Assembly: GCA_050298595.1 (NCBI GenBank)
Contig: JBNKUM010000076.1
Span: 64,001 to 128,000 of the forward strand
Length of the DNA stretch: 64,000 bases
Origin: Gammaproteobacteria bacterium
GTDB lineage: Bacteria > Pseudomonadota > Gammaproteobacteria > GCA-001735895
Direction: 5' to 3'
The number at the start of each line of letters is the position of its first letter. The first letter of the stretch is position 1. The notes under the pieces were generated by a model. The model saw only the letters and a list, made by a program, of their open reading frames with translations. It did not search any database and was not told where the DNA came from. A program made the translations under genes and the position numbers. Shown one piece after another: positions 1 to 10,950 of this stretch.

Positions 1-213
1 TTTCACCCATTATTCGGGCTGTTTTATCAGCTTTACACAATAAGAAGGTCAAATAACCGCGGCTAATCTACACCTATATATAAGTCAGGTCTATCAATAT
101 ATAGAGAGATACGCTTGCGCAAAAACCAGACTACAGTTAATCTGCCCGCCATTTTCGGACATTCCCGCCAGCACGCGGCTCAAGACTATCACTTATAAAT
201 GGAGGACTCCTCA

Positions 214-1401
214 ATGATAAAACCAGTCGGCTCAGACGAGTTACAACCGCTTTTCGTATACGATACCGATCAGCATCATCAGCTGATGCATGAAGCAGAA
301 ACCCTGCCCTCTGTCACCATTAGCTCACAGGCCGCAGGCAATGCTGTGATGATGGGAGCCGGTTACTTCAATCCCCTTAAAGGCTTCATGAATGTAGCTG
401 ATGCCATGGGTGCAGCTGAGAAAATGACCCTCAGCGATGGTTCATTCTTCCCTGTTCCTGTTTTATGCCTGCTGGAAAACACTGATGCTATCGGCGATGC
501 AAAACGTATTGCCCTGCGTGATCCTAATATGGAAGGCAACCCGGTACTGGCCATTATGGATGTCGAAAATATTGAAACCGTCAGCGACGAACAAATGGCG
601 ATTATGACCGATAAGGTTTATCGCACTAATGATTCTGAGCATCCAGGCGTTGCAGCATTCAACGACCATGGTCGTGTGGCTGTTTCTGGTCCTATCCAGG
701 TACTGCATTTCAGCTATTTCCAGGATGACTTCCCTGACACCTTCCGTACCGCAGTTGAAATCCGTAATGAAATCAAGGAGCGCGGCTGGAGCAAGATTGT
801 TGCCTTCCAGACCCGTAACCCGATGCATCTGGCACATGAAGAACTGTGTCATATGGCTATGGATAGACTAGGCTGTGATGGCCTTGTTATCCACATGCTA
901 CTGGGCAAATTGAAACCCGGCGATATCCCCGCCCCTGTGCGTGACGCTGCAATCCGCAAGATGGTAGAGTTGTACTTCCCACCCAATAGCGCCATGGTTA
1001 CCGGTTATGGTTTCGATATGCTGTACGCAGGTCCTCGTGAAGCCGTACTACATGCCTACTTCCGCCAGAACATGGGTGCCACCCATTTCATCATTGGTCG
1101 TGACCATGCGGGTGTTGGTGATTACTATGGTGCATTCGATGCACAAACCATCTTTGAAGAAGAAGTACCTGCTGGTGCAATGGATATTGAAATCTTCAAG
1201 GCTGATCATACTGCCTGGTCCAAAAAACTGGATAAGGTTGTGATGATGTGCGAAGCACCTGATCATGAAAAAGAAGACTTTGTACTGCTGTCCGGTACCA
1301 AAGTACGTGAGATGCTGGGCAATGGTATTGCGCCACCGAAAGAATTTTCACGTCCTGAAGTAGCTCAGATTCTGATCGACTACTACCAGTCACTGAACTG
1401 A
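214..1401 (+). CDS. sat: Sulfate adenylyltransferase (dissimilatory/sulfur-oxidiser type)
   Basis: QTRNPMHLAH and GRDHAG motifs; MIKPVGSDEL N-terminus as in SOB enzymes; GGAGG RBS at 201-205 favours the ATG at 214. Confidence 0.97.
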   Translation: MIKPVGSDELQPLFVYDTDQHHQLMHEAETLPSVTISSQAAGNAVMMGAGYFNPLKGFMNVADAMGAAEKMTLSDGSFFPVPVLCLLENTDAIGDAKRIALRDPNMEGNPVLAIMDVENIETVSDEQMAIMTDKVYRTNDSEHPGVAAFNDHGRVAVSGPIQVLHFSYFQDDFPDTFRTAVEIRNEIKERGWSKIVAFQTRNPMHLAHEELCHMAMDRLGCDGLVIHMLLGKLKPGDIPAPVRDAAIRKMVELYFPPNSAMVTGYGFDMLYAGPREAVLHAYFRQNMGATHFIIGRDHAGVGDYYGAFDAQTIFEEEVPAGAMDIEIFKADHTAWSKKLDKVVMMCEAPDHEKEDFVLLSGTKVREMLGNGIAPPKEFSRPEVAQILIDYYQSLN

Positions 1402-1444
1402 GTGCGTGAAGGAAACATTCTGATGAATAAACATCAGTAAAAAG

Positions 1445-1472
1445 AAAGAGCGGTTCTACCGCTCTTTTTTTT
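1445..1472. terminator. Rho-independent terminator after sat, possibly bidirectional
   Basis: AAAGAGCGG-ttcta-CCGCTCTTT hairpin followed by a T run and preceded by an A run. Confidence 0.85.
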
Positions 1473-1506
1473 GTTAAACTAAGGACCAAAAATTCAATTG
1501 ATCAGT

Positions 1507-2508
1507 ATGAATACACCACAACACCCAAACCTTGACAGCTTTACCCTGCAAACTCTGCGCGAATTCACCGCTGCCGATATGCAAAGGGTTAATCAGGTGA
1601 TAGAAAACCACCTCAGCTCCGATGTCGTGCTGATTAATCAGCTCAGTCAACACATTATTCATAGCGGTGGTAAACGTCTGCGCCCGATGCTGGTCATGCT
1701 AGCAAGTCGTGCCTGTGGATATGAGGGTGAAAACGATGCCCTGCTTGCAGCTATCGTCGAGTTTATTCATACAGCAACACTATTGCATGACGATGTAGTG
1801 GATGATTCTGATATGCGCCGTGGACAAAAAACTGCCAGCTCCATCTGGGGCAATGAAGCTGCCGTTCTGGTCGGTGATTACCTGTATTCCCGCGCATTCC
1901 AGATGATGGTGCTGGTTCAGTCGCTACGCATCATGAATCTGATGGCTGACACCACCAACACTATCGCTCAGGGTGAAGTCCTGCAATTGCTGAATATTAA
2001 CGAACCGGATACCAGCGAAGAGAAATATCACGAAGTCATTTATAGCAAAACCGCCTGCCTGTTCGAAGCCGCCTGTAAGATCGGCGCCATCATAACCGAA
2101 GCTGATAGCGAAATTGAGCACGCTCTGGGCGACTATGGCAAGCATCTGGGCATCGCTTTTCAACTGGTCGATGATGCTCTGGATTATGAAGCCAATAGCG
2201 AAGAACTGGGCAAGAACGTAGGCGACGACCTGGCAGAAGGAAAACCTACCCTGCCTCTGATCTATGCCATGCAGAAAGGTACTGAAGAAGAACGACAAAT
2301 GATTCGTCAGGCTATTGAGCAGGGTGGACTGGATCAGATAGACGCCATCACGCAAACCATCAAATCTACCGGTGCACTAGACTACACCCATCAACAGGCA
2401 ATACAGCATGCTGAGCTGGCCAAGCAATCCCTGGCAGTACTTCCTTATAGCAGGCAAAAAGACGCCTTGATTTTTATAGCCGATTACGCTGTTGAACGCA
2501 GCTATTAG
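1507..2508 (+). CDS. ispB: Octaprenyl diphosphate synthase
   Basis: GGKRLRP, LLHDDVVD, FQLVDDALD and GDDLAEGKPTLP motifs. Confidence 0.93.
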   Translation: MNTPQHPNLDSFTLQTLREFTAADMQRVNQVIENHLSSDVVLINQLSQHIIHSGGKRLRPMLVMLASRACGYEGENDALLAAIVEFIHTATLLHDDVVDDSDMRRGQKTASSIWGNEAAVLVGDYLYSRAFQMMVLVQSLRIMNLMADTTNTIAQGEVLQLLNINEPDTSEEKYHEVIYSKTACLFEAACKIGAIITEADSEIEHALGDYGKHLGIAFQLVDDALDYEANSEELGKNVGDDLAEGKPTLPLIYAMQKGTEEERQMIRQAIEQGGLDQIDAITQTIKSTGALDYTHQQAIQHAELAKQSLAVLPYSRQKDALIFIADYAVERSY

Positions 2509-2518
2509 GCAAATACGG

Positions 2519-3472
2519 TTATTGAGACAGATAGATCCGATCCAGATATAAGGTTTTTGGGCTTTTAACTAAACTCAGGAAAAAACTGATATCGGCAATA
2601 TGTGCCATATCCATTGCTCTTTTGCGCGGAGCCTGCCTTATCTCAGCAAGATCAATCTTAATCGCATTCCAGCCTTTGGCGAGCGTAAAACGCTTATTAA
2701 AACGATCTTTGTATAGATTAGTTGGCTGTACGGTTTGATGAATATCATCATGTACTCGAACAGTTAAGCTTAGCGGTTTTTCATACTCTGAATAGATATC
2801 CAGATTAACGAATCGATAGCTGGACTAGTCAGCATGCATATACTCCATCCCTACTCCTGCATAGCGCCTGCGTTGCAAACTGATTTTCATCTGTTTACCC
2901 ATTTTGCCCGCATAGCCCTCAACTACTTCGCGCTTTCCGTTTCCTTTCCAGCGCTCTAGCTCAAATGGTGTGCTGAAATCGGATAACACTGGAAACTGAA
3001 AACGAGCAATTGATTCATCTGTGATAGCGATAGAAACCGGTAGCAAATGGTAGATTAAAAAAGCGCCTATAATGATCTGCAGAAATCGCTTCAACAATAC
3101 ACTGCTGTGTTCAACAAAAGCAGGATGAAAAGCAAGCATCAGCAACGCACCACATAAATCCCGTGACACATCCATCAAGTCGGCATCACGTGCTGTGCCA
3201 TACTGTAAAAGCTCTACTACAAACCCTGAAATCAGACTCAACCCGATTAGCAGCACCCAGCACCAGAACAGGGGCAGGCGCATAAATAATGACCATCGTG
3301 AAAATAGCAATACCAACAGGGCGAAGTAGAGTATATGCCCCAGATTCCATATCTCCTTATATGAACGTACCGCATAGGCTTCCGGGCCACCTACAAAAAA
3401 GAAAAAGCTAGATATTACCAGGATCAGCAATAAAGCCAGGCTTAGCAACCTGTTGCCAGCTATATCAGTCAT
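2519..3472 (-). pseudogene. VanZ-like membrane protein with a C-terminal beta-rich domain, interrupted by an in-frame TAG
   Basis: N-terminal TMs with WNLGH..YF and VELLQ...RDADLMDV; after TAG at 2825-2827 (D*SSY, where DWS would be expected) the frame stays open for about 100 codons to TAA at 2519. Confidence 0.75.
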
Positions 3473-3487
3473 TCAAAATAGCTCAAT

Positions 3488-3727
3488 TTAAACAGTCTGC
3501 GTTTCGCTAAGCCTTCGCACCAACCAGCCACGGAAAAACGGATTTTCCATATCAGCTTTTAAGCGCGCTTCCAGCAACCACTTTTGTAAGTCATCCGGGT
3601 CGCTAGCCGGTACGCCTTTGGTGGCGAAATAACAGTCCAGATAGAATTCAGCCTGCAGCGCTTTCCACTGCTTTTCATCAATGGCATCTTTCATGGTTCC
3701 TGGAAACTGGACGATATTATCTGTCAT
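3488..3727 (-). CDS. Hypothetical protein, 79 aa
   Basis: Compact ORF between co-oriented genes; NIVQFP N-terminus. Confidence 0.7.
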   Translation of the reverse strand: MTDNIVQFPGTMKDAIDEKQWKALQAEFYLDCYFATKGVPASDPDDLQKWLLEARLKADMENPFFRGWLVRRLSETQTV

Positions 3728-3736
3728 ACTGATCTC

Positions 3737-4582
3737 TCAGGTTGTAGCGACAGGTCTATTTGGATCTCTTATCCACTCACTCCATGAGCCATCATACAAT
3801 CTGGGCATAGGGAAGCCCGCAATGACTACAGCCAACAAAGAATGACAGGCTGTCACACCCGAGCCACACATATATACCTGCTTATTGGCAATACATTTTG
3901 CATCTAAAGGTGCGTACAGTTCACGTAATTGTTCAGCGGATTTAAAAAATCCATTTTCATCCAGATTTTCTGTTAACGGCAAATTCGCTGCTGCGGGAAT
4001 GTGACCTGCTACAGGGTCAATAGGTTCATTGATCCCCTTGTAACGCTCCTCTGTACGGACATCGACCAGCAGAAAGGAAGGTTTACCAACATTATCGAAG
4101 ATCGTTGGAGTAGAAACCACCAGACTCCTGTCAAACTCAGCCTGGTAATTTTCAGCCTGTGGCTGATCAACTTTCTCTGTTACGGCATAGCCCTGCCCCA
4201 GCCACGCCTGCCAACCACCATCCAGCAGAGCGACCGATCCATGTCCCAGACCTTTTAACAGCCACCATAAACGAGCTGCTTGAGTACCGCCTGTATCATC
4301 GTAAACGACTACCTGTTTATGCTCGCTCATACCATTCTGACCCAGCCATTGCACCAACTTTTGCATGTCAGGCAGAGGATGTCGGCCAGAATCGAGGGTT
4401 ATTGGCGAACAAAGGTCATCATCTAAATGAGCATAGATAGCGCCCGGTATATGTGATTCTACGTAAGCATTTCGCCCCCATTCAACATCCGCCAGATGAA
4501 ACCTGCAGTCAAAAACAATGCAATTTTCGTGATCAATTATTTCAGCTAACTGCTGTGATGTAATTAATGTCTGATAAAGCAT
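3737..4582 (-). CDS. sseA: Tandem-rhodanese sulfurtransferase (SseA/MST family)
   Basis: HIPGA, GRHPLP, CGSGVTAC active-site loop, LYDGSWSEW. Confidence 0.92.
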   Translation of the reverse strand: MLYQTLITSQQLAEIIDHENCIVFDCRFHLADVEWGRNAYVESHIPGAIYAHLDDDLCSPITLDSGRHPLPDMQKLVQWLGQNGMSEHKQVVVYDDTGGTQAARLWWLLKGLGHGSVALLDGGWQAWLGQGYAVTEKVDQPQAENYQAEFDRSLVVSTPTIFDNVGKPSFLLVDVRTEERYKGINEPIDPVAGHIPAAANLPLTENLDENGFFKSAEQLRELYAPLDAKCIANKQVYMCGSGVTACHSLLAVVIAGFPMPRLYDGSWSEWIRDPNRPVATT

Positions 4583-4687
4583 GGTAAACCCTTAACTCTC
4601 CTTCGATCACACGAATGTGACATCTTGATTGCAAAATAAATCGTATAAGCATATAAATATAAACACCACCTGGCAGAGATTAATATC

Positions 4688-5056
4688 ATGCGCAGGTTTT
4701 TTATCCTGGCAGCCGTTAGCGGCCTGTTTTTTCCATCCATTGTCCTGGCTTTCGGCATAGGTCTGGCTCCTCTGTACTCATCCAATGAGCAGATAGACAA
4801 GGTGTATGGAAAAAACACTTCACTGCATGGTACCCCTGAGCAAATCAAAAATCTAAGGAAATGGATAAATCATATCGCTAGCACCCCCAAAGGCATGAAT
4901 ACATTGATTCAGATACAGGATAGTGGACACAAATTATTTATCTTTCACTCGGTGTACGCCATGATTTCCTCAGGGCGAACCTCCACGCCAGTCTCTGAAA
5001 ACCTGATAACGGGATTGGGAATCGGTAGACATTCATTAGCTGGCAGCAACAGTTAA
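4688..5056 (+). CDS. Secreted hypothetical protein, probably truncated at the C-terminus
   Basis: Signal-peptide-like N-terminus; ends abruptly against the convergent gene. Confidence 0.5.
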   Translation: MRRFFILAAVSGLFFPSIVLAFGIGLAPLYSSNEQIDKVYGKNTSLHGTPEQIKNLRKWINHIASTPKGMNTLIQIQDSGHKLFIFHSVYAMISSGRTSTPVSENLITGLGIGRHSLAGSNS

Positions 5057-5078
5057 TCTGTCATTGAGTAGCCACATC

Positions 5079-5957
5079 CTAACGCAGCTCAGCCAGCAAC
5101 GACTCAATCATATTCTCAGCCTGCATGGCATAGGATGAACCGAACATATTGGCGTGGTTTAAAATATGGTAAAGATTATAAAACTGTTTGCGTGTTTTAT
5201 AACCCGGTTCCAGAGCATAGCTTTCATTATATGCAGCAAAAAACTGTTGCCCCGGATGACCGAATAATTCCATCATGGCCAGATCACACTCGCGGTCACC
5301 GTAATAACTGGCCGGATCATATATAACCGGCTCACCTGATGCGGATCCAGCCCAGTTACCTGACCACAGGTCACCATGCAACAGAGACGGACTGGGATGG
5401 TAGCTACTAAAGAAAGCCCCGCATTGCTCACGTAGGCTACTACCCAGATCGTATAGCCTATGCCCATGACCATTTTCTTTTGCCAACTCCAGTTGGTAAC
5501 CGAGGCGTTGTTTTTTCCAGAAATCAACCCAGTCATTCGACCATTGATTAAGTTGAGGCGTTGAGCCTATGCTATTGTCGATATCGAAACCAAAACGATC
5601 ACTATGATGCTGATGTAATTGCGCCAGTTTTTGCCCAAACAAAACGCCATTGGGTTGCCCTGATAACGTTAGCCAGCTCATCACTGCATAGCTTTCACTG
5701 CCACTCACTCCACAGGCAATCGGTTGTGGCACCTTTATAGTTTGCGTTTTATTTAATTCATCCAGTGCGCGCGCTTCCGCTTCAAACATATAAGCAAGGA
5801 TATGGCGGTTGGTTTTAACAAAATAGCTCTCCTTGCCATCACCAATACAGAAAGCATTATTGATGCTACCACCCGCAATATTCTGCCGATTCAGTATTTG
5901 AAACTCTTTTCCTGTGAATTGGCAAATATCTTTCTCAATCTGCGCCCATAATGTCAT
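5079..5957 (-). CDS. Fructosamine kinase family protein
   Basis: GGSIN, YFVK, LLHGDLWSGN and DPASYYGDRECDLAM motifs. Confidence 0.93.
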   Translation of the reverse strand: MTLWAQIEKDICQFTGKEFQILNRQNIAGGSINNAFCIGDGKESYFVKTNRHILAYMFEAEARALDELNKTQTIKVPQPIACGVSGSESYAVMSWLTLSGQPNGVLFGQKLAQLHQHHSDRFGFDIDNSIGSTPQLNQWSNDWVDFWKKQRLGYQLELAKENGHGHRLYDLGSSLREQCGAFFSSYHPSPSLLHGDLWSGNWAGSASGEPVIYDPASYYGDRECDLAMMELFGHPGQQFFAAYNESYALEPGYKTRKQFYNLYHILNHANMFGSSYAMQAENMIESLLAELR

Positions 5958-5961
5958 TATC

Positions 5962-6504
5962 TCAATCCTGTAGAATTTTATACTGTCCTGGCTGTAGTCC
6001 ATCCAATTTATAATCATCTATAGCAGTCCGTATCAGGCGCAACGCCGGGTGCCCAACGGCTGCTGTCATCCGCCGCACCTGACGATTCTTACCTTCTCTG
6101 ATCTGTACCTCCAGCCAACTGGTAGGAATCGACTTGCGCTCGCGTATGGGAGGATGACGTTTCCATAAGAAATCCGGTTGTTCTATTTTTTTAACCCGCG
6201 CCGGCAGAGTGCGACCTTCTTTTAAATCCACTCCGCGCTGCAGGCGTATTAACGCCTTACGCTCGACCTCTCCTTCCACCTGTACCAGATAGGTTTTGTA
6301 TTTGTTATTTTTTGGCGAGGTCAGGCGAGCCTGCAAAATGCCATTATCGGTTAACAGCATTAAACCCTCGCTGTCATAATCCAGCCTGCCCGCTGGGTAA
6401 ACGTTTTTGATGTCGATAAAATCCGCCAGTGTTTTTTTATCTCCCTCGGGAGAAAACTGACTGATCACCTGAAAGGGTTTGTTGAATAATACGATTAGAG
6501 TCAT
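5962..6504 (-). CDS. rluE: 23S rRNA pseudouridine synthase RluE-like
   Basis: LFNKPFQV, GRLDYDSEGL and EGKNRQVRRM motifs; start overlaps the upstream stop. Confidence 0.88.
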   Translation of the reverse strand: MTLIVLFNKPFQVISQFSPEGDKKTLADFIDIKNVYPAGRLDYDSEGLMLLTDNGILQARLTSPKNNKYKTYLVQVEGEVERKALIRLQRGVDLKEGRTLPARVKKIEQPDFLWKRHPPIRERKSIPTSWLEVQIREGKNRQVRRMTAAVGHPALRLIRTAIDDYKLDGLQPGQYKILQD

Positions 6505-7391
6505 TTGCGTGTTTCGATTAAATCCAGCCATTGCTGTTGTCGGCGTTCACCCATTTGATGATATTTCATCATGCTCTGTATAACATCCAGATCCGCTGTA
6601 GCGATTTCGGTTTGCACCTGTTTCATTTCCTTAATATCACAATCGACGGGGGTTAACTGGGTTGAGATATCCAGTACGGCCTCGTGTTGTTTCAACAGTC
6701 CCATGATTCTTTCAGAGCCCCTGAACTTCATCTTTTTGACTTCATCCAGATTATTTCGCAGGTTAGTTATGTCACCAAATTTAGTTAACAGTCGACCTGC
6801 CAGGGTCATCCCAATACCGGGGATACCTGGAATATTATCGACCTTATCTCCTGCAATCGCCAGTTGATCAGCTATTTGTTCCGGTTTAACCCCGAAGCGT
6901 TTGATCAGAGATCGGTAATTCAGCTGCTGACCCGTAGCATAGGACCACCAGACATCACCTTCTCGTATGAGTTGAGCCAGATCCTTATCCGCAGTGAGTA
7001 TCACAACTCGCGTCTGTTCATTACGATGGAAGGCCGCAAGGCTACCAATCAAATCATCTGCTTCGTGACGATCACTCGCCACCTCGCTAATACCCAGCGC
7101 TCGCACCCATAGCCGACACCATTGAAACTGGCGTTTGAGCTCTTCGGGTGCTGGCGAACGGTTGGCTTTATATTGTGGATAAATCTGCTTTCGCGCCGAA
7201 AACTTCAGGCTCTCATCAAACGCGAACACCAGCTGTCGCGGTTTTTCTGCCGACAGAAAATGATACACAAAATCGATAAATCCCAACCAGGCATTATTCG
7301 GATGACCATCCTGATTGACCAGGGTATCCGGCAGACTAAACCAGGCTTTAAAAATATAAATACTGGAGTCAACCAGATATAACTTATTCAT
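6501..7391 (-). CDS. Stand-alone 5'-3' exonuclease / flap endonuclease
   Basis: LVDSS, YPQYKANR, EADDLIG, DKDL and GDKVDNIPGIPGIG motifs. Confidence 0.92.
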   Translation of the reverse strand: MNKLYLVDSSIYIFKAWFSLPDTLVNQDGHPNNAWLGFIDFVYHFLSAEKPRQLVFAFDESLKFSARKQIYPQYKANRSPAPEELKRQFQWCRLWVRALGISEVASDRHEADDLIGSLAAFHRNEQTRVVILTADKDLAQLIREGDVWWSYATGQQLNYRSLIKRFGVKPEQIADQLAIAGDKVDNIPGIPGIGMTLAGRLLTKFGDITNLRNNLDEVKKMKFRGSERIMGLLKQHEAVLDISTQLTPVDCDIKEMKQVQTEIATADLDVIQSMMKYHQMGERRQQQWLDLIETRK

Positions 7392-8320
7392 TTAAGGTTA
7401 TTAATATCCGCTCGTATAGAAGCCACCGAGTCTTCGAACATGGCCTGCTCAATATCGTTTAAAGGTAACTCGATAATCTTATCAACCCCACAATCACTCA
7501 ACACACAGGGCACCCCCATAGCCATATCTGATTGACCATATTCACCCTGCAAGATCGCCACTGCGGGTAAGATTCTGCGTCTACCGTGTACGATGGCATC
7601 CACCATAGCAGTAATCGCAGCAGCCGGGGCATCGTATGCACTGCTGGACTGACGCAGGCTGAGTATCTCAGCTCCGCCATTACGTGTGCGCTCGATAATA
7701 TCCTGGATGATATTTTGTTCAAGGAAGTGCTCCACAGGAATGCCCGATATGGTAGTAAAGCGCATCATCGGCACCATGGTATCACCGTGTCCTCCCAGCA
7801 CCATAGCACTGATATCCTTGCTCGAATAACCGGTTTCCATCGCAATAAAACTCGCCATACGTGTTGAATCCAGCACCCCGGCCTGACCCAGAATTCGACT
7901 ACGATCAAATCCGCTGCGTAAAAAAGCCTCATAGGTCAACGTATCCACCGGGTTAGATACCAGCAATATAATGGCGTCCGGTGCATGCTGGACAACACTA
8001 TCGACGATAGCATCTATAACCTTCACATTGATATCCAGTATGTCTGAGCGTGTCATACCGACTTTACGAGGAATTCCCGCAGTAATAATGACCAGCCCGG
8101 AGCCCTTAACGCCTTCGGGTTGATGACAGCCATTGACTTTGGTATCAAAACCCAGCAAAGGGGAAGTTTCCTGAATATCTAGCGCAACTCCCTGTGGCAC
8201 CCCTTCTCTGATATCCATTAGCATCAATTCCTTACATAAATCCTGCTCTGCGATTAATTGCGCAGTAGATTCACCAACTCGACCAGCCCCTACTATGGTT
8301 ATTTTTTTCATCACAATCAC
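7388..8320 (-). CDS. mdh: Malate dehydrogenase (LDH-like)
   Basis: GAGRVG, TAGIPRKVGMTRSD, LGGHGD; the start may be the ATG at 8311. Confidence 0.92.
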   Translation of the reverse strand: MIVMKKITIVGAGRVGESTAQLIAEQDLCKELMLMDIREGVPQGVALDIQETSPLLGFDTKVNGCHQPEGVKGSGLVIITAGIPRKVGMTRSDILDINVKVIDAIVDSVVQHAPDAIILLVSNPVDTLTYEAFLRSGFDRSRILGQAGVLDSTRMASFIAMETGYSSKDISAMVLGGHGDTMVPMMRFTTISGIPVEHFLEQNIIQDIIERTRNGGAEILSLRQSSSAYDAPAAAITAMVDAIVHGRRRILPAVAILQGEYGQSDMAMGVPCVLSDCGVDKIIELPLNDIEQAMFEDSVASIRADINNLK

Positions 8321-8518
8321 CTTCTATGGTTGTTGTTCTATCGTCAGGCTTGAGAAATAGTCAAAAATGCTCCAGACTTTTATAACTGTCAGATATTTAT
8401 CAGCAAAACGACTATACTGCCGCCCATCCTGAGTCATCTGAAGTTATGATGAATACCCTGCTTATTATAATACGACAATTTGTTATAATTTGACGCTAAA
8501 TGAATTAGAACCCGACAT

Positions 8519-9511
8519 ATGCCCAAGATACTGACCACCCTGATCAGCCTGTTTATTATCAACATTGCTCAGGCAACCTCCCTTCAAGAAATGCAAACTG
8601 AACTAGATTCAAAGCAATACGCGAAAGCAGTGACTACCGGCTTAGAGCTGTTGCGTCAGCAACCGGATGATCCCAGATTACAGTTTATGACCGCCTTTGC
8701 ATTTCAAAAAAACAATCAGGCAAAACAGGCCATACACTATTATGAGAAAATCATCAGCGCACACCCGGAACTACCCGAACCGCGTAATAATCTGGCGATC
8801 ATCTATCTGCAAAAGGGAGAATACGATGAGGCGGTTAAACTACTGATTGCCTCACTAAATACAAACCTCGCCTACGCAACGGCCTACAAAAACCTCAATA
8901 GCATCTATCAGGGTTTAGCCAGCAAAGCCTACCGAAAAGCACTAAGCGACGATTTATCCCCCACTAACGTACTTAACAAAATCCAGTTAACCGAACTGAG
9001 CGAATTACAGCAGCCGGTGATTGTGGACAGCATCCCCACACAGGCACCAACCCAGATAGCCAAATTTGATACACAACTCGAAGCTCCAGCCCCTACCCCC
9101 GCAGCACCAGCTAAAAAACCCATCATTACAAAAGCAGAAGTGAAGCCAGTCGTTCAGACAGCTGCGGACGAAAACCAATTGATTCAGTTTGTTAAAAACT
9201 GGGCTAATGCCTGGAGTGAGCAACAGTTCGACCAATATGTTTCGGCCTACAGCGCTAGTTACAGAGGGGAATATCCAGACCATGAAGAATGGCTTAAACA
9301 ACGTCGCAAACGTGTAGTACGTGCCGATAAAATCAAGGTGAGCCTGAGCAACTTCAAGGTTAAATCAAATAGCCCAGATATTGCTGTCATCGATTTTCAT
9401 CAGGCATACCAGTCATCCACTTATCACGATAATGTGCTAAAAAGGATACAGTTGAACAAGATTAATAATGATTGGAAAATAAGTCGAGAAGTGACACTGG
9501 CCATACTATGA
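8519..9511 (+). CDS. Secreted TPR protein with C-terminal NTF2/SnoaL-like domain
   Basis: Signal peptide, PEPRNNLA TPR, Pro/Ala linker, WANAWS..Y..AY domain. Confidence 0.8.
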   Translation: MPKILTTLISLFIINIAQATSLQEMQTELDSKQYAKAVTTGLELLRQQPDDPRLQFMTAFAFQKNNQAKQAIHYYEKIISAHPELPEPRNNLAIIYLQKGEYDEAVKLLIASLNTNLAYATAYKNLNSIYQGLASKAYRKALSDDLSPTNVLNKIQLTELSELQQPVIVDSIPTQAPTQIAKFDTQLEAPAPTPAAPAKKPIITKAEVKPVVQTAADENQLIQFVKNWANAWSEQQFDQYVSAYSASYRGEYPDHEEWLKQRRKRVVRADKIKVSLSNFKVKSNSPDIAVIDFHQAYQSSTYHDNVLKRIQLNKINNDWKISREVTLAIL

Positions 9512-10716
9512 TTAAAATCTGTTTTTTACCTTTAAATATCTTTTTAATACTTGCACTGGTATTACCTGTGCAAGTTATCGGCGCAGATAACACAGGCAGT
9601 GAATACGAGGCCAGGATGCTACTCGCCCTGCAAAACATCCAGAGCCTGAACAACGATCAGGCATTAAAGCAAACTCGAGAAATCATAAAGAGCTATCCCA
9701 CCAGCAAGTTGGCCCAATTACTATATGCAGACCTGTTGATGGCAAAAACTGGCGTGCTTTCCAGCATAGGCTCAGGAGTGTCCAGCAACCCTGAAAAACA
9801 GCCCCGATTGAATGACCTGACCTTTGAAATTAAACAGCGCCTGTCGCACATAAAAGCACCGGCCATTCAGGGCATGTTACCCGAGAATCTCATTCGATTA
9901 GCTGACAACCAACGCTATTTCATCATCATTGATCAATCACAATCGCGCCTGTATGTATACCGGAACGAACAGGGCACGCCTGTACTGGAAACCGATTTTT
10001 TTATCAGCACCGGATTAAAAGGCGCAGGCAAACAAGTTCGAGGTGATCAGAAGACCCCCATCGGTATCTATCATGTGACCAGTTATATCGATGACAGTAA
10101 ACTGCCAGACCTGTATGGCCGAGGCGCTTTTCCAGTGAATTATCCCAACACCTGGGATAAGCGAAACAAGCGTAGTGGCGGAGGCATCTGGATACATGGC
10201 ACGCCCTCTTACACCTATAACCGGGCACCCTGGTCGAGCAATGGTTGCGTGGTTTTGAGTAATGCTGACTTATTGCGCATCAATGAGTATATCGATCCAC
10301 AACAGCATACCCTGGTAATCATCACGCAAAAAATCAACTGGATCACCACAGAACTCTGGCAACAGAATCAGCAATCGATGATGCAGCTAATCACAAGCTG
10401 GATTACAGACTGGGAGAAAAACGATCATACCCAGTACATCAGCCACTATTCTAAAACAGATTTCAGGTCTCACGGCAAAGACTATAAGGACTGGGATAAA
10501 CACAAGCAAAGAATAAATAAAGAAAAGAAATATATCAGTATCGAATATAACAACCTGAATATCTTTAAATACCCTGGAGAGGATAACCTGATCACCATGC
10601 AATTCGATCAGAATTACCACAGCAGCAATCTAAATTCAGCCTCCGCAAAGGAGTTATTCTGGAAGTTACAAGACAAACAGTGGCAGATTGTGTATGAAGG
10701 TTCGAATATATATTAG
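9508..10716 (+). CDS. L,D-transpeptidase (YkuD) family protein with NTF2-like C-terminus
   Basis: GDQKTPIGIY and GGGIWIHG...SNGC catalytic motifs. Confidence 0.9.
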   Translation: MIKICFLPLNIFLILALVLPVQVIGADNTGSEYEARMLLALQNIQSLNNDQALKQTREIIKSYPTSKLAQLLYADLLMAKTGVLSSIGSGVSSNPEKQPRLNDLTFEIKQRLSHIKAPAIQGMLPENLIRLADNQRYFIIIDQSQSRLYVYRNEQGTPVLETDFFISTGLKGAGKQVRGDQKTPIGIYHVTSYIDDSKLPDLYGRGAFPVNYPNTWDKRNKRSGGGIWIHGTPSYTYNRAPWSSNGCVVLSNADLLRINEYIDPQQHTLVIITQKINWITTELWQQNQQSMMQLITSWITDWEKNDHTQYISHYSKTDFRSHGKDYKDWDKHKQRINKEKKYISIEYNNLNIFKYPGEDNLITMQFDQNYHSSNLNSASAKELFWKLQDKQWQIVYEGSNIY

Positions 10717-10950
10717 AAGAATGAAGCCAGCCTGGCCGAAAACCTGAGTCAATAACAATGCCTGTCTACAGCTCATTTGTTAATGGAGTGATGGACCACA
10801 TCCAGAATGAGTTTCAGGATAACCCGAAAATATCACCTTACTACCTTCCCCTCCCTTTAAACGCTGGCATTAGATTTATATATAGGGGTATGCATCAAAA
10901 TAATGCAGCGTTATACTTTAGCGCATTTTCAACCAAGAGATAAAGGGGCT

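Noticed and set aside
10758-10943. 61-aa ORF with NusB-like FVNGVMD
   Set aside because: The similarity is limited to a few residues, and the ORF overlaps the gdhB upstream region.
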